Positions 8,930 through 16,297 of a DNA stretch of 16,297 nt are shown here, piece by piece; position 1 is the stretch's first letter; every line of letters begins with the position of its first letter. This DNA comes from Azolla caroliniana. Taxonomy: Eukaryota; Plantae; Polypodiophyta. The translations under genes and the position numbers were made by a program. The notes beneath the pieces were generated by a model. The model was not told where the DNA came from, searched no databases, and saw only the letters and a program-made list of their open reading frames with translations. The stretch lies in assembly GCA_043228905.1 (NCBI GenBank), contig JBHGNT010000753.1, positions 1 to 16,297 on the forward strand. Reading direction: 5' to 3'.

Positions 8930-9515
8930 GAAAAAGTTCATAAACTCCCTCTTTAGTTTCCTAGATATAAAAAAAGGGGACTTCACAATAAAAAGGGGAC
9001 AATAAAAAAGGGACTTGACACTAATAAATTTATATAGTGAATGTAAAAGTATTTGTTTTATTTTTAATAAATAAGTAATAAATAAAAAAAATAAAATAAA
9101 GGTTCATTAATTCCTCGTTTTTGTCTCCCAAATTCTGTGGATATTTTTGTCTCCCTAATTTTGTGGATATTTCACGCTAATCATATTTCTATAATAAATA
9201 TAAAATAGTTGTTTTGTTTAAAATAAAAAGTAAAAAAAATAAAATAAAGGTTCATAAAATCTCCCCTTTTTTATTTGACACGTAAGGAGACTTAATAGTG
9301 TTCATATTTTTATAATCTATTAATGAATAATTGTTCTTTTTTTAGTGAATTTAATAATTTTTTAAATTCTGTATTCAAAAAATGAATGAATTATTTTGCA
9401 AAACGAATGGTTTTATAATATTCTTGGGGCCATTTCATATTTTCGAATATTGCGAATGTCATGCATGGAGAATATCAAGAATATCATGCATGTGTCAATT
9501 GATGGGTGTAACTAG
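8930..9515 (+). repeat. AT-rich degenerate tandem repeats; possible non-autonomous Helitron 3' part
   Basis: aaa(g)gttcat.aa.tc motif at ~8933, ~9098 and ~9246 (spacing ~150-165 bp); 26-bp tandem pair at 9118-9169; decayed palindrome tgtcaattgatg (9493-9504) followed by CTAG|T at 9512-9516. Confidence 0.3.
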
Positions 9516-10475
9516 TAAGTTATGAAGAAAATTGCATGAAATGCATTTAGACAAGTCATGGTCCAAACTTGGACATGTTCAAGAAGATGATGGGATGCCT
9601 GACTAAACATATGTTGCAAAACTAATTTGTCGAGAGCATAGGTCCATCATTCTTTTGGTTGGAAAGGTTGCATTTGCAAGCGATGCGTCTACTACATAGG
9701 CACATGATGGTCAATGTGGATGTCTATTCCAAAGCCCATTTCTGCTCCAATAACAAGTTTTGGTCTAGTGCTTGATCTCGTCCCTTTTCAAGATACAATA
9801 GTAGTTGTATGACCATTTTTTCCCTAGTTGGTACATACGGTTTTTGAAGTTGATTTTGAAACTCTTCAAGTATACTTGGTCCTCATCAAGCCAACTTCCT
9901 TGCCATCACTCATTCAAGACTCCACACATTTTGCCTGGTAGACCTTTCACAAAAGGATATAATCATTTTCACAAGCATGAATGGAATTGTCATTGAAGCT
10001 TGGTGAAAATCGTCTTGGTTTCCTCCCTTGATTTAGGAATAACCATGTCTTTGCATTTGAGTTATGTTGAAAGCAAACTACAAGACACAAGTAGTAACAT
10101 TTATATATCAAATGGTGAGGTATATAATATATACTATAACACCTTGAGGTCTATACTCACGATACTCATGCTATATTATATATACCATAAAACCTTGAGG
10201 CCTACAATAGCAATGTCGTGAAAAACATTGTTCCATCCAAAACGATTTTGTGAGTTCAATCCCATTAGTGCACATCATTGGTATATTCTCTTGGTTACTT
10301 CCCCGTGAAGAAATTGATTAAGGAAAGATGCATCCTTGACATTTTCAAACAAATCGAGAAACTTACCCATGCCATTATCATGCCTCCCTCGTTATTGAAG
10401 AGGGTCATGGTGTTGCCCACCATCAGTAGTGCTAGTATATTGTTGCCTTAATCTATTGTAAGTGGCATTATTATT

Positions 10476-10866
10476 TGTTGTCTGTCTGGCCGGACTAGCC
10501 TCAACACAGGTGTCTATCCGACACTTCTCCAAAGGGGTGGTAAGGATTGGATGCTAGGTTACACGCGTAAGATGATTACAATTAAGCACAGACGGTAAAC
10601 AATACGAGATACATATAAACACGCAATAATTACTATTGTATTACTTCCGTCAAAAACACTTTACAAATCATCGGATCCTTTTATAGGCATCCGGCAAGGT
10701 TACAATCGGTGCGCTTAGGCAACCGACATCCGAATCGGTCCGGATCCGGATCGGTACCACTGTACCGGATCCGTCCCTCCGAATAATAATTCTACTATTA
10801 TTTACTTCTTATTATCCGATCCGATTCCGCCTTCCCACTTGTCCTTGCTCTTCTGACCGGCCAACA
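10476..10866 (-). mobile_element. 3' LTR (391 bp) of a minus-strand LTR retrotransposon
   Basis: Inverted termini TGTTG (10476-10480) ... CAACA (10862-10866); TATA box CCTATAAAAG on the minus strand (10678-10687); sharp rise in GC/CpG at 10476; long ORF ends 50 bp upstream on the same strand. Confidence 0.8.
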
Positions 10867-12143
10867 CATGGCACGCCCGTGGGAAAGTGCCTTGCACTTC
10901 GAATCCACTCCCGGCCTCAGTCTTCCTCCAAAATATCGAGCACACTTTGCTCGATGGTGTCAAGTGGTGCTTCTTCCTCTTGTTCCTGTTCCTTGCCTGC
11001 CTGGTCTCCGACCTCCGGTTGGGTAGGCTGTTCCGTAAAAATTTGCTGCTCCGGCTCTGCTTGATTCTGTGGTGCCGGTGCTTCCTCACCTCTTCGTCCG
11101 GGCTCTTCCTGTTCTCCCTCCGTTCCTGGCTCTGTTCTGTTACCAGTGTCGCTTTCTCCGGTCTCGATTGGTCGACTCGATATGCCTCCTTCCTCTGCTC
11201 TGGTGTCTTCCGGTCTCAGCTCTTCTTCTTCTCTGGCATCGGTCTGCTCCTGCTCTTCTTCAAGTTCATCTTCGGGTATTCCTTGTCGGGGTTGTTCGGT
11301 GTCGGTTGGTTCATCTTCAGCCGGTTGCTCTCCCTCAGTTATCGTGATTGGCGTCGTTCTTCCCTTAGCTTCCTGTCGTACCCGGTCCTGCTCGTATCTC
11401 TCCAACTCCAACTGAGTTGCGAGCTGCCCGTCATCCAACCTCTCTACCAACCCTCGGATTTCTTTGAGGTGTTCTTCTGCTAAAGTGTAGAAATCCTCCG
11501 ACAATTCTTCCCGAATGGCGACGATACTTTCTTCATCCATCTTGTAGAACCTGTCACCGGTCTTCTTCCGATTCTCGGCATCCGCTCGGAGTGTCTGCAG
11601 CTCGGCTGCCTGTTGTGACCACTCCTTCCATAGCTTTTCCGTACGTTCGTTGATGCTTGCCTGAGCTCGGGTACTCCATCCTGACATGATGAGCTTGATC
11701 CGGTCAACCCCTGCCTTAGCATGCGCATAAGCTTCCTGCTTTTCCTTCCTTGCCCGTTTTATAATGTCGGCCATTATCTGAGCCTAGGCCTCGTAATCTG
11801 CTTTCTGCTTTTCATAGGTACTCTGCAGTTTGCTGATCATGAAGGTCGATTTTTCCTTTTCTTCATTCCTGATCTTGGTCAGGTCCAGCTTTTCCCGCCT
11901 TAGCGCCTCTAATTCCTTCCTTCTCTCCGTTGCTTGGGCTATTTCCGCCGACAATGCTTCCTTGTTGGCACTGACCTCATCCATCGCCTTAGCCAGGTCT
12001 AATCGGGTCTCTTTGAGCTGCTCTTTCAGCTTCTCTATTTGCCGGTCGTAGTCTGCTGCCCGTTTTTTGTTGTCCGACTCGGCCTGCTTGTGATCTCGGT
12101 AGAGACGGTCGAAGTCCTCCGTCTTTTGCTTCAGGCGTCGGGT

Positions 12144-12439
12144 TGCCTGAGCTCTTAACCGATCGTCCCGGTCCTTCTGTTGTCAGAGTTCTTCCTGCAG
12201 TCGTTCTATCTCTTGCTCGGCATGTCGACGTAGTCGGTCCTTCTCCTTCTGCAGCCTCTCTTTTTCTTCTTGCAGTCGGTCATTCTGCCTTCTCCTTCTG
12301 CCTGAGCTCTTAACCGATCGTCCCGGTCCTTCTGTTGTCAGAGTTCTTCCTGCAGTCGTTCTATCTCTTGCTCGGCATGTCGACGTAGTCGGTCCTTCTC
12401 CTTCTGCAGCCTCTCTTTTTCTTCTTGCAGTCGGTCATT
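12144..12439 (+). repeat. Tandem duplication, 155-bp period (141-bp copy plus 14-bp filler)
   Basis: 12144-12284 is repeated at 12299-12439; filler ctgccttctccttc (12285-12298) is built from nearby sequence. Confidence 0.95.
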
Positions 12440-13322
12440 AGCGGCTCGACCTTTCCGGAGGCCTTCTTCCATTTTTCGTCTGTCGTCCTCCACCGCTTTC
12501 TGCTGCTCCCTTTCTCTTTCCCTTAATGCCTCCTGAGCTTTTAACTCCTCTCGTAAGGTTTCTATTATTTTTTCGGTCTCAGGGCCGGTTTGCAAGGCTA
12601 CCGGTTCCGGTTCTGGTTCTGGTTGCTTCCTTGTTGTCCCGACCGGCTCGGTGACAGCTTGTGCTTGTTGAATTCCTTCCCTTGCCTGCAACAACTCCCC
12701 TTGCATTTCCTCGATCTGTGTTCGGAGCGCGACCAACTCCTGAGTTGTTGTATGCGTCAGCTGTTGCCTACACGTTTCTTCTTTCTCTAACTGGTCCGCT
12801 CTTTTTCTTCCTTCTCCTTCTGCCTGAGCTCTTAACCGATCGTCCCGGTCCTTCTGTTGTCAGAGTTCTTCCTGCAGTCGTTCTATCTCTTGCTCGGCAT
12901 GTCGACGTAGTCGGTCCTTCTCCTTCTGCAGCCTCTCTTTTTCTTCTTGCAGTCGGTCATTAGCGGCTCGACCTTTCCGGAGGCCTTCTTCCATTTTTCG
13001 TCTGTCGTCCTCCACCGCTTTCTGCTGCTCCCTTTCTCTTTCCCTTAATGCCTCCTGAGCTTTTAACTCCTCTCGTAAGGTTTCTATTATTTTTTCGGTC
13101 TCAGGGCCGGTTTGCAAGGCTACCGGTTCCGGTTCCGGTTCTGGTTGCTTCCTTGTTGTCCCGACCGGCTCGGTGACAGCTTGTGCTTGTTGAATTCCTT
13201 CCCTTGCCTGCAACAACTCCCCTTGCATTTCCTCGATCTGTGTTCGGAGCGCGACCAACTCCTGAGTTGTTGTATGCGTCAGCTGTTGCCTACACGTTTC
13301 TTCTTTCTCTAACTGGTCCGCT
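12288..13322 (+). repeat. Tandem duplication, 522-bp period
   Basis: 12288-12800 vs 12810-13322 appear identical except T12614/C13136; the track shows two identical 132-aa ORFs 522 bp apart. Confidence 0.97.
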
Positions 13323-14452
13323 ACTCCCGATAACTGCTCCGAAAGCCATCTCAGCCATTGTGGCTTTGTTCTTCCGGTGTCGGGGTGGCCTGCTCACTTA
13401 AGTCAGGCTGATTTTCCGGCCTCTTCTCTGGCTCCGGCTCCGGCGCTTGTTCCTTCTTCTTCTCTGGGATGACTGGTTTTCTGAAGTCCGGCCCAACCGA
13501 TGTCGGTGCTGCTTCCCTGGGTACGGGTTCCGGTGCTGTTTCCGCCTCGGCTACTGGAGATGGTCCTTGCGCCCTCTGCTGAGTTCTGTCCACTGGTGGA
13601 GCCGGTCCTTTCGCCCGTTTCTCCCGACCTTGTCTTGCTGGGAGTCTTACCAGTGGTTCGGATGAGTCTTCTGTTTCAGTTTCCTCCTCCGGTGCGGTTA
13701 CCAGACCGACCTTTTGTATAAAGACCTCTGGTTCCGGTTCCGGCCGTCGCAGCGTTATATGGATTGGTTTGCGCGCTACCGGTTCCTCCTCGGCCGCTTT
13801 CCCTTTGCCTTTACCTGCCGGTTTTGCCTTTGTTGCCGGTTCCTGTTGCTGTCGGGATGGTCCTTCCCCCTGCTGTTCTGCTTCTTTGCTGGGTCCATCC
13901 GGGGGTGTGTTTCTCCAAGATCTGTCGGCGCTTTGTGACCTTTTTCGGCGTCGTCTCTTGCCGACCTCTTTTCTTTTGTGTGATGGGGAGCACCGGTGGG
14001 ACTAACACCGTTAGCCATTGTGCTATCCCGGCCCATGGCTTTTTTCCTTCCACAAGATTTTTGATGGCCTCCTTCAATCCTTCGGTTATTTTCATGGAAG
14101 CCACACAAGTACTCTTTGGGTAATGGGGTCAGACATTGTGATGTGATGATTGCACATGAGGAAATGAGTTAAACTAAAACTATATAAAGATTTAAGGATA
14201 AAGAAAAGGTATGACAAGGACAGGAGACAACATGAGCTTAAAGACAACAAAAAGGCATATTTCAATTGTTAGATATAATCAATGAGTGCAAATTTTGTGA
14301 TTACACTATTAGTGGTAGTTATTGTGCAACTCGACCATATGGGTGGATGAGGTGTCAACGTAGGGAACCATAGATGAGTTGGAAAAAAATGTATTCAGGA
14401 AAGAGGGAAGTAGGGTAATAGGATTGACTAGTCAAGAAGACTAGAAGAATAT

Positions 14453-14765
14453 TGAAAAAGAATAGTAAGCGGAAGCTAGTACACAAGACATAGCCGGCTT
14501 TGCCGGACACCACAAAACAGTTACGTATACACAAAGATGGAGAACATACAGTATGTGTGAGAGGGAGACAGAGAGAGTAGAGAACAAACTTTATTCAAAA
14601 TAATAACACTCTGTACATATGATGTGCTCACTAAGCACATTTTATACAAGTCCTCTGAAGGATTGACAGAAGTACTGACAAATACTTCAATGCTCACACG
14701 TGAGCTCTAGCACTAAATGTCTATAATATTCCTATTTACTAAAACAAGACTGTAAACCTCTAACA
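14453..14765 (-). mobile_element. 3' LTR (~313 bp) of a second minus-strand LTR retroelement
   Basis: Minus strand reads TGTTAG...TATAAAAT...AATAAA...CT-rich...GCTTCCGCttacTATTCTTTTTCA. No PBS follows and no matching TSD is present, so it is not a clean solo LTR. Confidence 0.55.
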
Positions 14766-14832
14766 ACCCGTCGGCTCTCAACCGATCTAGTTATCCACTT
14801 CTTTACTGTTAGGATCTCTATCCCTTCGGATG

Positions 14833-14962
14833 GGATGATGAAGGCCCGGTCAGAACCGGATGATGAAGGCCTAGTGAGAACCGGATAATGAGTACCCGAC
14901 AAGGAAGACCCGGTGAGAACCGGATGATGCAGGTCCGGTGAGAACCTCTCACCGGATGAAGG
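14833..14962 (+). repeat. ~25-bp tandem motif (GATGAAGGCCCGGTGAGAACCGGAT-like, ~4 copies) in copia U3
   Basis: Imperfect units visible at ~14837, ~14862, ~14904 and ~14926; ends in a 10-bp-stem hairpin at 14934-14956. Confidence 0.75.
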
Positions 14963-15412
14963 GACATATATGTAAATATGTTCCAGAGAGCCCATAGGGG
15001 CTATATTTGTAAATGGCCCGAAAGTCCTATTAGTATAAATATGACCTAGGGCAAACTCTTAGGTGTGTTGTTGTCTTTATTTTGTTGTATAGAGTTATTG
15101 GTGTAACTACTGTACAGAGTAAGAGAGAGAGAGAGGGAGAGTGAGATACTGAGCGAGTCTCTATTGTAATTGCCACCAGGAAAAGATTGTGACCAAGAGG
15201 TTGTTGCCTCCGTGCTCACTTGCTGTATTCCTCTAGACATAGTGATAGTTGGAGTTTGTGAACTCCCGTGGTTTTTCCCATTTAGGGTTTTCCACGTAAA
15301 CATACTGTGTACCCTCTCTCATATTGTTTGTGTGTACGTGTATTCACCTCTATTCCCATTCTTGGTGTTAGATTTGGAACGACATGATCTGAGACTCGGT
15401 TGTGACCGAGTA

Positions 15413-15440
15413 ATATTTCGCATATTTCGCATATTTCGCA
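15413..15440 (+). repeat. (ATATTTCGC)x3 at the U5 end of the copia LTR
   Basis: atatttcgc atatttcgc atatttcgc a directly before the terminal TCA. Confidence 0.9.
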
Positions 15441-15446
15441 TCAATT

Positions 15447-15458
15447 TGGTATCAGAGC
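15447..15458 (+). other. Primer binding site complementary to initiator tRNA-Met
   Basis: TGGTATCAGAGC, the canonical plant tRNA-iMet PBS, lies between the LTR and the gag ATG. Confidence 0.95.
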
Positions 15459-15473
15459 GAAACGACACAGGAA

Positions 15474-16297
15474 ATGGAAGATTCACTTGGCGGCATGTTC
15501 AAGCTCACCGGCACTAACTACTCAGTGTGGAAGTCGAAGATGAGGGACATGCTCGTGGTGAAAGATCTTTGGTTGCCGGTTCAGTTTGGGGACAAGAGAC
15601 CAGACAAGATCGACGCCACACTGTGGGAGGTGATGCACATGAAGACAACGGCATACATACGGTGCTTCATCGACATGAGCCTGTACAACAACTTCAATGA
15701 AGAGAGCAAGGCTCATGAGCTCTGGGAGAAGATCAACATTATGTTTTAGAACAAAAATGATGTTAATTGGGTTTCGGTATTCCGAAAGCTAGTAAGACTC
15801 CGGTACCAAGATGGCTCCAGTATGGCGGAGCACATGAATGCCTTCCAGGGGCTGATTCACCAGGAAACATCATTGGAAGTACCTCTCACCGATGAGGTAC
15901 TGGCACTGCTCCTGCTCGGTTCCCTCCCGGATAGCTGGGAGACGTTGGTTGTCACGTTGGAAGGAAAATAGTTATCCCTAGCAAGAGTCAAGTCGAGCTT
16001 GCTAGATGAGGAGGCACGTTGGAAAGACAAAGGAATGGATCCAAAGCGCTCCTTACCGAATCGAAATGCGGAAGACAAAGGAACCGTAGTCCCTAGAACC
16101 GGGAAAAGTCGGGTACACGGTCAAAGTCAAGGGGGAGGCTTACTTGCTTCTATTGCGGCAAGCCGGAACACTTCCAGAAGAACTATCGGCATTTCCGGAA
16201 AGAGAAGGAAACCGACAATACCGATTCGAAGCGGTCATCGGACCGGAACGGTAAAGACTGGAGAGGACCGGACCGGAAGGGAACGACGACAATCGCG
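15474..16297 (+). pseudogene. gag: Ty1/copia gag (Tnt1/Tork-like), pseudogenised, runs off the window
   Basis: KLTGTNYSVWKSKMRDML, LLLLGSLPDSWETLVVTL and VKSSLLDEE motifs; zinc knuckle CFYCGKPEHFQKNY (16145-16186, last Cys lost); TAG stops at 15747, 15969 and 16094, plus a frameshift near 16040-16070. Confidence 0.92.

Larger units (their letters stand above)
10917..14125 (-). pseudogene. Broken extra ORF of the LTR retrotransposon: coiled-coil plus Glu/Pro-rich disordered protein, ~840 aa reconstructed, 5'-truncated
   Basis: Track ORFs 13811-14104, 13351-13593, 12860-13258, 11784-11984 and 10917-11774 join into one protein after allowing frameshifts near 13900 and 13360, removing 155-bp and 522-bp duplications, and reading through TGA (12183-12185) and TAG (11784-11786). 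No gag, PR, RT, RH or INT motifs seen. Confidence 0.75.
14807..15443 (+). mobile_element. 5' LTR (637 bp) of a Ty1/copia retrotransposon
   Basis: Starts TGTTAGG, ends ...CATCA 3 nt before the PBS; TATAAAT at 15034-15040; repeated motifs in U3; (GA)n at ~15122-15145. Confidence 0.8.

Noticed and set aside
11784-12185. Programmed readthrough or RNA editing of the in-frame stops
   Set aside because: Accompanying frameshifts and duplications indicate ordinary pseudogenisation.
12338-13258. Two identical 132-aa ORFs as duplicated genes
   Set aside because: Fragments of one broken ORF created by the 522-bp duplication and a shared premature stop.
10879-14123. Many plus-strand Leu/Phe/Ser-rich ORFs (e.g. 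10887-11483, 198 aa) that look like membrane proteins
   Set aside because: Antisense shadows of the Glu/Lys/Arg-rich minus-strand ORF; the composition is fully explained by the reverse complement.
14732-15517. ORFs of 85-115 aa overlapping the copia LTR
   Set aside because: Chance frames across U3 repeats and the GA microsatellite; no protein motifs.

Overview
Eukaryotic (land-plant, probably non-seed such as a fern; inference) genomic DNA. Positions 2779-8374 (+) hold the last seven coding exons (770 codons plus stop, all introns GT-AG and phase 0) of a methionine S-methyltransferase (MMT) gene; its 5' methyltransferase exons lie left of the window. The introns are filled with mobile DNA: four decayed copies of one non-LTR retrotransposon family (RT motifs, an SSHxLxIExGR...CCHC C-terminus and a (CTTT)n tail; RTE/RTEX-like), a 494-bp hAT-type MITE and the end of an LTR. 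Downstream is a nest of LTR retroelements. It contains a minus-strand 3' LTR preceded by a long, broken coiled-coil extra ORF with two successive tandem duplications, a second minus-strand LTR, and a plus-strand Ty1/copia 5' LTR, tRNA-iMet PBS and pseudogenised gag running off the right edge. I see no convincing new multi-gene system. The most unusual signals concern transposon mechanics (a ~90-bp target duplication, LINE-into-LINE insertion at a tail-like site, non-purine PPTs) and the uncharacterised extra ORF.
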